DNA of 64,000 bases. Source: a bacterium (lineage in GTDB: Bacteria; Desulfobacterota; Binatia; UBA12015). Of this stretch, positions 9,905-20,236 are shown piece by piece (position 1 is the first letter of the stretch; each line of letters opens with the position of its first letter). The DNA is taken from positions 12,878 to 76,877 of the forward strand of contig JAUIFY010000001.1 in the NCBI GenBank assembly GCA_030430245.1, given 5' to 3'. The notes under the pieces are model-generated. The model saw only the letters and a list, made by a program, of their open reading frames with translations, did not search any database and was not told the origin of the DNA. The translations under genes and the position numbers were made by a program.

Positions 9905-12844
9905 ATGTCCGATTGGAAAGCGCTGCTCGCGGAAGTGAAGGGCGAGTGCCCCTCCGGGCTCTGGTCGCAGGGAGTCGAGCTCGCGCGCGGAAATGCCGTC
10001 GCCGGCGACTCGCGCGATGGCGCGGAGTGGACGTTTCGCGTTCGTCTGCCGGGCGACGACGTCGCGCCGACCGTGATCCTCTACCCGGAGGACGCCGAAT
10101 GGGATTGCGACTGCGAGGGACCGTGCGATCCGTGTGAGCACGTCGCCGCGTGCGCCATCGCCGCGGCGCAGGATGCGGAGTCGCTCTTTCGGGGAGCGGG
10201 GCGTGTCGGTTCTCTCCGCTACGTGCTGCGCCGGACGGACGCCGGTGTGGTGGTCGATCGCTTTCTCGTGCTCGAGGAGGAAGAGCCGCGTCGCTTGGAA
10301 GAGTCGATCTACGATCTTCTCGAGCGCGAGGGAGCCGATCTGAACTTCGAGCCGAGTCGGGAGGATCTGGATCTCGACGTTCTCCTGGCGCGCCGGGACG
10401 AGCCGATCTCGTTCGAGCGTGCAAAGACGGTGTTGTCGGGGTTGGTCGGCGTGAAGGATCTGCGCCTCGACGGGCGGGAGGTGCGGGCCTCGGCCCAGGC
10501 GTCGTATCCCCGCGCCCGAATCGTCGATGGAACGGGAGGCGGAGTCGAGCTCGTTCTGGAGACGGATCCCGAGGTGGACGAGGTGGTCTCTCCGGGGATC
10601 GCGCGCCTCGGCGACCGTCTTCATCCGTTCGGTGCGGGGGCTCGCTTCGGGAAGGCCTGGGAGCGGCTTCCGTTTCGACGGGCGTTCGCGCGCGACGAGG
10701 TCGGTGAGCTCGTCGGCAAGGTCGTGCCGGAGCTCGAGCGCCACATCCGGGTCGACGTGCAGACCGATCGGCTCCCGGACCGGCAGAAGCGCGGGGAGCG
10801 CCTCGCGCCGTGGATCCAGTTCGAGATCGACACCGTTCCCGAGGGGACGGACGTTCTCGCCCGGATCGTCTACGGCGATCCTCCCGTCGCCCGACTGGAG
10901 GGCGACGAGCTGATCCATCTCCGAGGGGCGGTCCCGACGCGCGACCGGCCGGCCGAGAGGTCTCTCGCCCTGCGGCTGCGCGACGAGCTGAATCTCGCGT
11001 TGGAGCGGCGTGTTCGCTTCGACGCCGGCGATGCGGCGCGACTGCTCTCGGCGCTTTCTTCGTTCGACGACGGGCGGCCCGCCGCGAAGCGAAAGGAGCT
11101 CGAAGACAGGCCGGAGCTCGCGCCACGCCTCCTCTCGGATCCGTCGGGCGGCTCGGGGCCGGAGCTCGTGTTCGATCCGGTGGGAGCCGCGGGCACCGAT
11201 CTGGCATCGGTCGGCGCGGAAGCGGTTCTCGCGGCCTGGCGGCAGGGCCAGAGCCTCGTCCCGCTCGCCGGCGGCGGCTTCGCGAGGGTTCCGGAGGGCT
11301 GGCTGGAGCGGCACGGGCACCTCGTGGCGGACCTTCTCGCGGCGCGCGAGCAGAACGAGGGGCGGATTCCGACGGCCGCGCTTCCGGTCCTGGCCGAGCT
11401 GTGCGAGGCCATGGAGGCGCCGCCCCCCTTCGAGGTGGAGCGCCTGCGCGGCCTTCTCGACGGTGCGGGGTCGGCCGATGCGGTGTCCCTCCCGGCCGGC
11501 TTCCGCGGCGATCTACGGGCGTACCAGCAGGAGGGCGTCGGGTGGCTCACGCGTCTTCGCGACGCGGGGTTGGGTGCGATCCTGGCGGACGACATGGGTC
11601 TCGGGAAGACGGTGCAGGCCCTCTGCGCGATTCGCGGTCGAACGCTGGTCGTCTGTCCGCGGAGCGTCATTCACAACTGGAGCCGAGAGACCGCACGCTT
11701 TCGCCCGGATCTCTCGGTCGCCCTCTATCACGGTCCGCGGCGCGCGTTGACGGACGCGGACGTGACGCTCACGACCTATGCCACGATGCGGAACGACGTC
11801 GACGTGCTGGCCGACGTCGAGTGGGATGCGGTCGTTCTCGACGAGGCGCAGGCGATCAAGAATCCCGACAGCCAGGTCGCCCGCGCGACGTACCGACTCC
11901 GCGCCGGCTTTCGCCTCTCGCTCTCCGGCACGCCCGTGGAGAATCGGCTGGACGAGCTGTGGAGCCAGATGCATTTCGCGAACCGAGGCCTCCTCGGAGG
12001 CCGTCGCGACTTCGCGGAGCGCTACGAGAAGCCGATCCTCGACGGGAGCGCGGAAGTGACCGATCGGTTGCAGCGGCGGCTGCGCCCCTTCCTGCTGCGT
12101 CGCCTCAAGAGAGAGGTGGCGCGAGACCTGCCGCCGCGGACCGAAGCGCTTCTGTATTGCGAGCTCGACGACGAGGAGCGCGCGCTCTACGACGGGGTGC
12201 GTGCGGCGTCACGGGCGGACGTCGTGAAGCAGCTCGGGGAGGGGACGAACGTCATCGCCGCGCTCGAAGCGCTGCTCCGACTACGGCAGGCCGCGTGTCA
12301 TCGCGGGCTCCTTCCGGGGCGCTCGGCGGAGTCGTCGTCGAAGGTGGATGCCCTGTGCGACGCTCTCGACGACGCGGTCGCCGATGGGCACAAGGCGCTC
12401 GTGTTCTCGCAGTGGACGGGAATGCTCGACCTCGTCGAGCCTCATCTCGAACGGCACGAGATCCGCTTCGCGCGGATCGACGGGTCGACGAGGGATCGTG
12501 CCGCCGTCGTGGACGCCTTCCAGGACGAAGCCGGGCCTCCGGTGCTTCTCATCTCCCTGACCGCGGGGGGCACGGGTCTGAACCTGACGGCGGCCGATCA
12601 CGTCTTCCTGCTCGACCCCTGGTGGAACCCGGCGGTCGAAGAGCAGGCGGCGGATCGCGCGCACCGCATCGGCCAGGATCGTCCGGTGATGATCTATCGA
12701 CTGGTGGCCAAGGACACCGTCGAGGAGCGTGTCCTCGATCTCCAGGCGCGGAAGCGGGAGATCGCCGAGAGCGCCCTCTCGGGCGCCGCCGTCGGTCGGG
12801 GCGGCGTCACGCGTGAGGAGATCCTGGCGCTCCTGGCCGACTGA
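9905..12844 (+). CDS. SNF2-family helicase/ATPase with N-terminal SWIM zinc finger
   Basis: [12 protein letters not shown] (SWIM), [43 protein letters not shown]. Confidence 0.95.
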   Translation: MSDWKALLAEVKGECPSGLWSQGVELARGNAVAGDSRDGAEWTFRVRLPGDDVAPTVILYPEDAEWDCDCEGPCDPCEHVAACAIAAAQDAESLFRGAGRVGSLRYVLRRTDAGVVVDRFLVLEEEEPRRLEESIYDLLEREGADLNFEPSREDLDLDVLLARRDEPISFERAKTVLSGLVGVKDLRLDGREVRASAQASYPRARIVDGTGGGVELVLETDPEVDEVVSPGIARLGDRLHPFGAGARFGKAWERLPFRRAFARDEVGELVGKVVPELERHIRVDVQTDRLPDRQKRGERLAPWIQFEIDTVPEGTDVLARIVYGDPPVARLEGDELIHLRGAVPTRDRPAERSLALRLRDELNLALERRVRFDAGDAARLLSALSSFDDGRPAAKRKELEDRPELAPRLLSDPSGGSGPELVFDPVGAAGTDLASVGAEAVLAAWRQGQSLVPLAGGGFARVPEGWLERHGHLVADLLAAREQNEGRIPTAALPVLAELCEAMEAPPPFEVERLRGLLDGAGSADAVSLPAGFRGDLRAYQQEGVGWLTRLRDAGLGAILADDMGLGKTVQALCAIRGRTLVVCPRSVIHNWSRETARFRPDLSVALYHGPRRALTDADVTLTTYATMRNDVDVLADVEWDAVVLDEAQAIKNPDSQVARATYRLRAGFRLSLSGTPVENRLDELWSQMHFANRGLLGGRRDFAERYEKPILDGSAEVTDRLQRRLRPFLLRRLKREVARDLPPRTEALLYCELDDEERALYDGVRAASRADVVKQLGEGTNVIAALEALLRLRQAACHRGLLPGRSAESSSKVDALCDALDDAVADGHKALVFSQWTGMLDLVEPHLERHEIRFARIDGSTRDRAAVVDAFQDEAGPPVLLISLTAGGTGLNLTAADHVFLLDPWWNPAVEEQAADRAHRIGQDRPVMIYRLVAKDTVEERVLDLQARKREIAESALSGAAVGRGGVTREEILALLAD

Positions 12845-12847
12845 GCC

Positions 12848-14464
12848 TCACTTGCAGAATCCACCGCCGAGAAACTCGTACGGCTGGCAGTCGTAGATCA
12901 GTCGTCCGGCTTCCCCGTGCATCCAATCCAGCGATCGGATCGCGTGGGGCGGCGGCATGCCGGGCGCGGGGGCGTCCTGCAGCAGGTCCAGAGGGATCGG
13001 GTAGGTGGCCCAGTCCTTCGGTGCACGCCAGCCGGGCGGTGGCACGAGCTGGTGGCGCGTTCCGGCGATCGGATGGATCTGGCGCCACTGGTGGATCGCC
13101 TTGGCCATCTCGGCCACGGTCTCGGGATGCTCCTGGGCCAGGTTGACGTACTCGTAGGGGTCCTCGGACGTGCGGAAGAGGTTGTTCGTGACCTGGACCG
13201 ACATGAGGCCCGTCCGTACCTGCTGAACGAGCTTCCACTCGTCGTTGAAGGCGGTGAGGTTGAAGTAGCCGCTGATCGGCGTCTCCGAAGCGAAGAACAG
13301 ATACTCTTCCCGCGGCACGTGCCGCTGCTCGCGGATCGCGTTCCAGAGGTTGCGGCCGTCGAGGTCGAAGTGGTTCCCGCGGGGGACGCCGGCGGCGGCG
13401 GTGAGTGTCGGGAACAGATCCATCGCCGACATGATGCTGTCGAAGCGTGTTCCCGGCTGGATCTCGGCAGGGTAGCGCAGGGCCGCCACGACGCGGATGC
13501 CTCCTTCGAACGTGTCGCCCTTGCCGCCGCGGAGCGGCACGTTGTCGGCACCGCCGGTCGCGTACGCGGCTCCGCCGTTGTCGCTGAACACGAGGACGAT
13601 CGTGTTCTCGGCGATGCCCTCGGCGTCGAGCGTGTCGAGAACGCGGCCGATCGCTCGATCCATCGCATCGACGACGGCGGCATACACGGGCCGGGCACTG
13701 GGCTGGAGCAGGAGGCGGCGCATCAAGCGTGACTGCTCGGTTTGCGGGCTCCTCGTGTCCTCGCGGTCGTCTTCCATGTCGGCGTACTTCGCGAGCAGAT
13801 CATCGGGCGCCTCGAGCGGCGTGTGCGGCGCGATGAACGGCATGTAGAGAAAGAAGGGGCGGCTCGCGTCGCGTGCCTTGATCCAGCGTTCCGCCTCGTC
13901 GGCGAGCACGAACGTCTCGTAGCCCTCTCCCTCGATCGACGTGCCGTTCGACTGGAAGTCGCGTCCGTTCTGTGCCGCGAAGGGGGGAAAGTAGCCGACC
14001 TCGGTGTGAAGATGGCCGTAGAAGTGGTCGAAGCCGCGCTCGTTGGGGTGGTAGGTTTGCTGTGCGTGTCCGAGATGCCACTTGCCGACCATCGCCGTCT
14101 GGTAGCCGGCGGCCTGGAAGCTCTGCGGCATGAAGTGCTCCGAGGGATGAACGCCGTTCGTCATCCACGGCATGATCACCCCGTACGCGACCCCGAGACG
14201 CATGGGGTCCCGACCGGTCATGAGAGCCGCCCGCGTCGGCGAGCAGATTGGAGTGCTGTAGAAGCGATGCAGCTCGACGCCTTCCGCGGCGATCCGGTCG
14301 ATCGCCGGCGTCTCGATCACTTCCTCGCCATGGAAGCCGACATCGGACCATCCGAGGTCGTCGGCCAGGAAGATCACGACGTTCGGTCGCGCGTCCGGCG
14401 CCGCCAGCGCGGTGGCCGGGCCGAGTGCGAGGAACGAGGCGAGGAGGGCGGTGCGCAGGAGCAT
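12848..14464 (-). CDS. Secreted arylsulfatase
   Basis: Signal peptide, RPNVVIFLADDLG, CSPTRAALMTGR formylglycine motif, GKWHLG, SDNG. Confidence 0.95.
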   Translation of the reverse strand: MLLRTALLASFLALGPATALAAPDARPNVVIFLADDLGWSDVGFHGEEVIETPAIDRIAAEGVELHRFYSTPICSPTRAALMTGRDPMRLGVAYGVIMPWMTNGVHPSEHFMPQSFQAAGYQTAMVGKWHLGHAQQTYHPNERGFDHFYGHLHTEVGYFPPFAAQNGRDFQSNGTSIEGEGYETFVLADEAERWIKARDASRPFFLYMPFIAPHTPLEAPDDLLAKYADMEDDREDTRSPQTEQSRLMRRLLLQPSARPVYAAVVDAMDRAIGRVLDTLDAEGIAENTIVLVFSDNGGAAYATGGADNVPLRGGKGDTFEGGIRVVAALRYPAEIQPGTRFDSIMSAMDLFPTLTAAAGVPRGNHFDLDGRNLWNAIREQRHVPREEYLFFASETPISGYFNLTAFNDEWKLVQQVRTGLMSVQVTNNLFRTSEDPYEYVNLAQEHPETVAEMAKAIHQWRQIHPIAGTRHQLVPPPGWRAPKDWATYPIPLDLLQDAPAPGMPPPHAIRSLDWMHGEAGRLIYDCQPYEFLGGGFCK

Positions 14465-14625
14465 GGGGAGCACTTAGCGCGGTGGCGCGGGGCGGTCCAC
14501 GTCGCTTCGCCGGGACCGAGGCCCGCACCGATCTCGCGTCGACGGCCGAGGCGTGTGATTTCGCACGTCGCCGATTGATCGAACGACGGACTCCGTGCTG
14601 GAACGGATCGAATGGATGCGTACGA

Positions 14626-16005
14626 ATGAGCACGGAGGGTGGGGAGACCGGTCGCGAGATCGGGACCGTCGGTGCGACCGCGATCGTCGCCGGGGCGATG
14701 CTCGGCGTCGGCATCTTCCTGACGCCGCATCTGGTCGCGCAGAGCATCTCGTCGCCGGGGCTCTTCCTTCTACTCTGGGCTCTCGGGGGGGTGCTCGCGG
14801 TGGCCGGCGCCGTGACCTACGGCGAGCTCGGCGCGATGATGTCCGATGCGGGCGGCGACTACGTCTACCTCGGGCGCGCGTTCGGGCCGACGCTGGGCTT
14901 CGCCGCCGGTGTCGTGCTGTTCGTCGGCGTGTTCGGTGGTTCGATCGCGAGCATGTCGGCGGCGTTGAGCCAGTACCAGCTGAGCCTCCTCTTCGGACGG
15001 GTCGGGGTCGATCTGGCCGCCCCGTGGGTTCCTCTCGGCGGAGACGCGAGCCTCACGGGCGTCGAGATCGTCGCGATCGCTCTCGTCCTCGGGCTGACGA
15101 CGTTGAACGTACTGGGCGTGCGGTTGTCTGCGCACACACAGACGCTCCTCACCCTCGTGCCGGTCGTCGTGCTGTCCGGGTTCGCCGTGTTCGCGCTCCT
15201 CACCGCACCCCACGCGACCGCCGTGCCGCCCTCCGCTCCGTCCGGTGGGTCCGCGGCGATCGGAGAGGCGCTCCTGAACATCTACTTCGCGTACGCCGGC
15301 TGGAACGCGGTGGCGTACGTGGGGGGGGAGGTCGCGAATCCGGGGCGCACGATTCCCCGGGCGCTCCTTCTCGGTACGGGCCTCGTGACCGGCCTGTATC
15401 TCCTGTTGTGCGCTTCGTGGATCGCGGTGCTCGGCATGGGTGGCATCGCGCACGCCTTCGAGTCGGGGACCGCGGCGGCCCGCGCCCTGTTCGGACCGAA
15501 CGCCGAGTGGATGGTCGCCCTCATCATCGCGATCGCCCTCGTCGGTTCGGTGAACGCGACCGTCCTGGGCGGGGCGCGCATCGGGTACGCGATGGGAAGG
15601 GACGGCGCGCTGCCGGCGTCCCTCGGCGAGCTGTCTCCGGGTGCTCGGGTTCCCGCGCGGGCGCTCTGGGCGCAAGCGGCCTTGTCGATCGCGCTCGTGG
15701 TGACGGGAACGTTCGAGGAGCTCGTCCAGCTCACCAGCGTGGCGATGTTTCTCCTGGGGTCGCTCACCGTGCTCGCGCTGTTCACGCTCCGACGCCGCGA
15801 GCCGGACGTCGAGCGCCCCTACCGGGCGAGTCTCTACCCGGTTCTGCCGAGCCTCTACCTGCTGACCGCCGTCGCCGTCGTCGGGCTCGAGGTGCGGAAC
15901 TACGTGGCGGGGGACGCGGAATCGGGCCTGCCCCTCCTCGGCATCGGCGTGTTCGTGGGCGTCTGGTCCATACGCCGCGCCTTTCGCGGTCGGGGCGCGG
16001 CGTGA
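14626..16005 (+). CDS. APC-superfamily amino acid permease
   Basis: GAMLGVGIF, YGELG..M..AGGDYVYL, FAYAGWN..GGEV.NP, RPYR; about 12 hydrophobic segments. Confidence 0.92.
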   Translation: MSTEGGETGREIGTVGATAIVAGAMLGVGIFLTPHLVAQSISSPGLFLLLWALGGVLAVAGAVTYGELGAMMSDAGGDYVYLGRAFGPTLGFAAGVVLFVGVFGGSIASMSAALSQYQLSLLFGRVGVDLAAPWVPLGGDASLTGVEIVAIALVLGLTTLNVLGVRLSAHTQTLLTLVPVVVLSGFAVFALLTAPHATAVPPSAPSGGSAAIGEALLNIYFAYAGWNAVAYVGGEVANPGRTIPRALLLGTGLVTGLYLLLCASWIAVLGMGGIAHAFESGTAAARALFGPNAEWMVALIIAIALVGSVNATVLGGARIGYAMGRDGALPASLGELSPGARVPARALWAQAALSIALVVTGTFEELVQLTSVAMFLLGSLTVLALFTLRRREPDVERPYRASLYPVLPSLYLLTAVAVVGLEVRNYVAGDAESGLPLLGIGVFVGVWSIRRAFRGRGAA

Positions 16006-16508
16006 GCTCGACCGTCGAGATCGCCGTGATCGGTCGCGCGCGCACGCCGTGGACGCGACGGGAAGATGCTCCCCACCAGCCGACCGCTTCGCCGGGACGC
16101 GAGGGAGTGCTGGAGATCGCGGCGGAATATGCGCCCGCCCTGGCCGATCTCGAGACGTTCGACCGGATCTGGATCGTGTTCCTGTTCGATCGGAGTCGAG
16201 GCTGGACGGCTCGCGTGAAGCCGCCGCGCGGTGGTCCGAAGCGGGGAGTGTTCGCGACGCGGGCTCCCGACCGGCCGTCGAGGATCGGGCTCACGAACGT
16301 CGAGGTCGACGAGGTCGACGTCGCTTCGGGCATCGTGCGCGTCCGTGGGCTCGACCTCCTCGATGGCACGCCCGTCCTCGATGTGAAGCCCTACCTTCCG
16401 GCGACCGACGCGTGGCCGGACGCGGGCAGCGGCTGGCTCGAGGAGTATCTCGAGGCGGGAATCGAGCCCCGCTTGAAGAAGCCCTACCGGCCGATCCGTC
16501 CTCGTTGA
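16002..16508 (+). CDS. trmO: tRNA (N6-threonylcarbamoyladenosine(37)-N6)-methyltransferase TrmO/TsaA family
   Basis: RGVFATRAPDRPSRIGLT, GLDLLDGTPVLDVKPY; GTG start overlapping permease stop. Confidence 0.88.
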   Translation: MSSTVEIAVIGRARTPWTRREDAPHQPTASPGREGVLEIAAEYAPALADLETFDRIWIVFLFDRSRGWTARVKPPRGGPKRGVFATRAPDRPSRIGLTNVEVDEVDVASGIVRVRGLDLLDGTPVLDVKPYLPATDAWPDAGSGWLEEYLEAGIEPRLKKPYRPIRPR

Positions 16509-16582
16509 ACCGGAGGCGCCGTCGGCGACCCAGGGCGTGGAGAGAAGGTGCGGCTCCGTCGCCCCGATCTCGCGTGAGCCGG

Positions 16583-17272
16583 CTACGGGCGGAGAAACGC
16601 GAACGCCTCTCGCAACCGATCGCGGCCGCCGGTCTCGAGCACGACGCCGTGCGAGACCACGACGCGGTCGAAGTCCCAGGCGAGGATGCGGTCGAGGGAG
16701 CGGGCGGCCGCGGCGCGGTCCCGGAGGCCGAAGCGGACGATCCGGTGTGGGCCGAAGCGGCCGTTCGCACCGACGAGACGGTGAAACAGCGGCGCACCGT
16801 CGGGTGTGCCCGCAGGACGGTGGAACGCGAGATCGGTCAGGATCAGCGTCCGGCTCGGCCGGTGGTGGAACGCGACCTCGTTCATGAGGGGAGCCCCCTC
16901 GACGGCGACGAGATCGAGCACGCCCTCCCACTCGGCGGGCGTCTCGGCCGGGATCTCGCGCACGAACGGCAGGTCGCGGCGCTTCTCCGCGAGACCGGGG
17001 GCGCCGCAGAGCACGGCCTCGGGATACGCGGCGAGCCAGTCGGCGAGGTAGAAGTGGTGGACGAGGCACGGGCCGACGATCCAGCGAACGGTGCCGAGCG
17101 CGTCGACGGCTTCGCGCGTCGCGTCGTCGAGCTCGACCGGCGAGTGCAGGACGAGGGCGCCGTCGGCGAGGCGAACGACGGTCATGCGCGATCCGACGTC
17201 CCCGATCCAGAGTCGCAGCGGACGGCTGGCGATCCAGAGGTCGGAGTCGAGCTGCTCGAGCGGCGTTTCCAC
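16583..17272 (-). CDS. DUF4336-family protein (metallo-beta-lactamase-like fold)
   Basis: RMTVVRLADGALVLHSPV, VGPCLVHHFY, EVAFHHRPSRTLILTDL, ILAWDFDRVVVSHG. Confidence 0.85.
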   Translation of the reverse strand: METPLEQLDSDLWIASRPLRLWIGDVGSRMTVVRLADGALVLHSPVELDDATREAVDALGTVRWIVGPCLVHHFYLADWLAAYPEAVLCGAPGLAEKRRDLPFVREIPAETPAEWEGVLDLVAVEGAPLMNEVAFHHRPSRTLILTDLAFHRPAGTPDGAPLFHRLVGANGRFGPHRIVRFGLRDRAAAARSLDRILAWDFDRVVVSHGVVLETGGRDRLREAFAFLRP

Positions 17273-17300
17273 GTCGGGAAGGCTAGACCATCCGACGAGG

Positions 17301-17570
17301 ATGCAAAGGGGAGTCGTCTCGAAGCCCGGATCCGCACCGAAACCGGGGGGCGATCGTGCGAGCGGGCGCCGTCGTCGAAGCCTGGCGCTCGCGCTCTTCG
17401 CGCTTGCCGCCTGCGATCTCGGGCCGGTCACCGAGGCGCCGGTCCCGGCGGAGTGCACGGCGATCGGGGCGCGGTGCCAGCGGCCCGATGGTCCGATCGG
17501 CGTCTGCCAGATGACGAACTGTGCTCCGGGTGTCGCGCCCCCGTGCTACGCCTGTACGCCGCAGCACTGA
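17301..17570 (+). CDS. Small Cys-rich lipoprotein
   Basis: RRRR plus hydrophobic core plus LAAC lipobox; mature part has 6 further Cys and ends CTPQH. Start uncertain. Confidence 0.7.
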   Translation: MQRGVVSKPGSAPKPGGDRASGRRRRSLALALFALAACDLGPVTEAPVPAECTAIGARCQRPDGPIGVCQMTNCAPGVAPPCYACTPQH

Positions 17571-17587
17571 CCGGCGGGAGGTGGCCG

Positions 17588-18040
17588 ATGGACGAATTCG
17601 AGGAGACCGCGTCCTCCGCGACGCGAGAGGTTCTGCTGGCGTTCTACCAGGAGAACGCCCTTCAATCGCGCAGCTACGAGCAGCAACGGCAGCTCGTCAC
17701 CGCCACGGTCGTGGTCGCCGCGGCGGTCGTGATCGGACTCGCGCCGAGGGCGGGCATGGCCGGGGTGATCTCCGGACTCTTCCTCGTGGTTCTCGGCGGG
17801 CACGGATTTCTCGCGTGTCTGCGGCACTACGAGCGCGGCCGGCTGCACGTCGAGAGGGTTCACGCGGTGCGCAAGGAGATCTCGCGGACGGTACCGGTTC
17901 TGGACCTCTACGCCGAGGCGAACGAGAAGCACGCGAAGCGCTTTCCGTTCCTCAGCGAGAAGACGGCGCGCACCAACCTCATCTGGTTGGGCCTCCACCT
18001 CGCGATCGCCACTCTCGGTCTGCTGACGATCGTCTCGTGA
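17588..18040 (+). CDS. Hypothetical membrane protein with about 3 TM helices
   Basis: RBS GGGAGGT; helical N-terminus (FYQENALQSRSYEQQRQ), two TM, soluble linker, C-terminal TM; coding-like codon usage. Confidence 0.75.
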   Translation: MDEFEETASSATREVLLAFYQENALQSRSYEQQRQLVTATVVVAAAVVIGLAPRAGMAGVISGLFLVVLGGHGFLACLRHYERGRLHVERVHAVRKEISRTVPVLDLYAEANEKHAKRFPFLSEKTARTNLIWLGLHLAIATLGLLTIVS

Positions 18041-18091
18041 TGGGCGCTCCGCTCCGCGGGCACGTCGGGCGATCGCTCTCGACGATCGTCG

Positions 18092-18637
18092 TCAGTCCCC
18101 GTGCTTGCGCTCCTGGGCCGAGCGGTAGTCGCTCATCGGCTGGAAGTCCGCCTCGGGGCCGAAGTGCTTCTCGGTCGCTTCGCGGAGCTGCACCTCGTCC
18201 ATCGCGAGATCCCAGCCGTCGAGCTGGGGCTGCTTCACGTGGAAGGGGGAGTCGCAGAAGACCTCGATCCGATTCCCCTCGGGATCGCGGAAATACACGG
18301 ACCATGCGTTGCCGTGGTTCACGGGGCCGAGCTCGGAGGCCCGCCCGTCGGCCTGGAGCTTGGCGGCCATCTCCTTCACGTCGGAGAACGAGCCCACCCG
18401 GAAGGCGAGGTGGTCGAGCGTGTTGGACGGCGCTTCGTCCTGGCGGACGTTCGCGAATGCGAGCTGATGATGGTCCGATCCGGTTTGGGTCATGAAGACG
18501 ACCTGGATGCCCTCGGGATCGTTCGGATCGAGCGGGCCGCGGTCGGACACCGAGAAGCCCAGGGTTCCCGTGTAGAAATCGAGCATCGGCTCGAGGTCGC
18601 GGACGTACAGAACGGCGTGCGAAAGGCGGAGCTGCAT
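18092..18637 (-). CDS. VOC/glyoxalase-family protein (extradiol dioxygenase-like single domain)
   Basis: LSHAVLYVRD, DHHQLAF, LDHLAF, HGNAWSVYFRDPEGNRIE; RBS AAGGAGG. Confidence 0.9.
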   Translation of the reverse strand: MQLRLSHAVLYVRDLEPMLDFYTGTLGFSVSDRGPLDPNDPEGIQVVFMTQTGSDHHQLAFANVRQDEAPSNTLDHLAFRVGSFSDVKEMAAKLQADGRASELGPVNHGNAWSVYFRDPEGNRIEVFCDSPFHVKQPQLDGWDLAMDEVQLREATEKHFGPEADFQPMSDYRSAQERKHGD

Positions 18638-18660
18638 CTTGGCCTCCTTGCGTTGATTTC

Positions 18661-18695
18661 CTTGCACTTAGCGCATACTTGCACTTAGTGCAAGT
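18661..18695. promoter_or_regulatory. Tandem TetR-type operators in the VOC/TetR divergent region
   Basis: Perfect palindrome ACTTGCACT-T-AGTGCAAGT at 18677-18695 and an imperfect copy CTTGCACTTAGCGCATA at 18661-18677. Confidence 0.75.
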
Positions 18696-18719
18696 TTTAT
18701 GGTAGATCCCGTGTCGAGC

Positions 18720-19385
18720 ATGACGGTCACGGCGGAATCGATCCCGGAGGGCCGCGTCGCCCGGCGCCGGGCCGAGGTGCGCGAACGCCTGTTGCGGGTC
18801 GCAGAGGAGCTGATGCTCGAGCGGGGCGTCGACGGCGTCACCATCGAGGACATCACCGAGGCGGCGGACATCTCGCGGCGCAGCTTCTACCACCACTTCG
18901 CGAGCAAGCATGAGATCCTGATCCCGATCGCGCGGGGACGGAGCGAAGCCCTGAATCGTCGCCTCGACCGCCTCGTCGCGTCGATCGACGATCCCGCCGA
19001 AGGCATGGCGACGGCGATGCGCCACGGGCTGCGCAGCATTCCGTCGGATCCGCTCTGTCGTTGGTTCGCCCTCCACTCGGGACTCCCCATCGAGCGTCTG
19101 CACGAAGGCTTCGGAGAGAGCGCGCTCCGTGACGTGCGCCGGGCGACCCAGGCCGGACGGTTCCACGTCGCCAACGCGGAGGCGGTTCGTCAGCTCCTGT
19201 CCGGAGCCTTCGTCGCCGTCATCACCGCCCGAGTGGACGGGCGATTCTCGGACGAGGACCTCGACGATGCCGTCGAGCACGTGCTCCGCATGTTCGGTGT
19301 CGAACGTGGGGAGGCTCGACGCATCGCGCATCGACCCCTGCCACCCCTCCCGGCCGATCCGGCCGACGAACACGAAGGAGACTGA
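18720..19385 (+). CDS. TetR/AcrR-family transcriptional regulator
   Basis: RERLLRVAEELMLERGVDGVTIEDITEAADISRRSFYHHFASK HTH; alternative ATG at 18699. Confidence 0.92.
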   Translation: MTVTAESIPEGRVARRRAEVRERLLRVAEELMLERGVDGVTIEDITEAADISRRSFYHHFASKHEILIPIARGRSEALNRRLDRLVASIDDPAEGMATAMRHGLRSIPSDPLCRWFALHSGLPIERLHEGFGESALRDVRRATQAGRFHVANAEAVRQLLSGAFVAVITARVDGRFSDEDLDDAVEHVLRMFGVERGEARRIAHRPLPPLPADPADEHEGD

Positions 19386-19387
19386 CC

Positions 19388-20236
19388 ATGGCCTTTCGCC
19401 TCGGAACCAAGAACGACCGAGCCGTCCTGATCGCGAACGACGGCATCTACGATCTCGAGAAGCACGGGGGCGGGAAGTTCTCCTCCGATCCGATGGAGGC
19501 GTTGGGTCGTCACACCGAGCTGCACGCGGTCGCGTCGGGTCTGCCCGCGTCGCCCGACGAGAAGCTCGACGAGGGCTCGCTCGGGATCTGCGTTCCCCGT
19601 CCCAAGAAGATCTTCGGGATCGGCTTGAACTACCGGGCGCACGCCGAAGAGTCGAAGATGGAGATCCCCCCGAATCCGCTCGTCTTCGCGAAGTTCGTCA
19701 ACTGCCTCGCGGCCGGGAACGCCGACGTGATCGTGTTCGGGCCGACGACGGACTACGAGGCGGAGCTCGTCGTCGTGATGGGGGCGTACGCGCGCGACAT
19801 CCCCGAGGCCGAGGCGTGGGACCACATCGCCGGGCTCACGTGCGGTCAGGACGTCTCCGAGCGGGGAACGCAGTTCGCGTCGAAGCCTCCGCACTTCGAC
19901 CTGGGGAAGTCGTACGACACGTTCGGGCCGATCGGCCCGGCGGTGGTCTCGGTCGACTCGTTCGAGGATCCGGCGAACCTCGCGCTCACGTGCGATCTGA
20001 ACGGCGACCGCGTCCAGGACACGCGCACGAACGATCTGATCTTCGACGTGCCGAAGCTCGTCTCCTACATCTCCGGGATCTGCACCCTCGAACCGGGGGA
20101 TCTCATCTTCACCGGCACGCCGTCGGGGGTGGGCTTCATGACCGGAACGTTCTTGAAGCCCGGCGACGTCCTCACCACGACCATCGAGGGCATCGGCAGC
20201 ATCACGAACCACTGCGTCGCGAAGGAAGGGGCATGA
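19388..20236 (+). CDS. Fumarylacetoacetate hydrolase family protein
   Basis: GIGLNYRAH, DYEAEL, GQDVSER, GKSYDTFGPIGP, LEPGDLIFTGTPSG. Confidence 0.95.
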   Translation: MAFRLGTKNDRAVLIANDGIYDLEKHGGGKFSSDPMEALGRHTELHAVASGLPASPDEKLDEGSLGICVPRPKKIFGIGLNYRAHAEESKMEIPPNPLVFAKFVNCLAAGNADVIVFGPTTDYEAELVVVMGAYARDIPEAEAWDHIAGLTCGQDVSERGTQFASKPPHFDLGKSYDTFGPIGPAVVSVDSFEDPANLALTCDLNGDRVQDTRTNDLIFDVPKLVSYISGICTLEPGDLIFTGTPSGVGFMTGTFLKPGDVLTTTIEGIGSITNHCVAKEGA

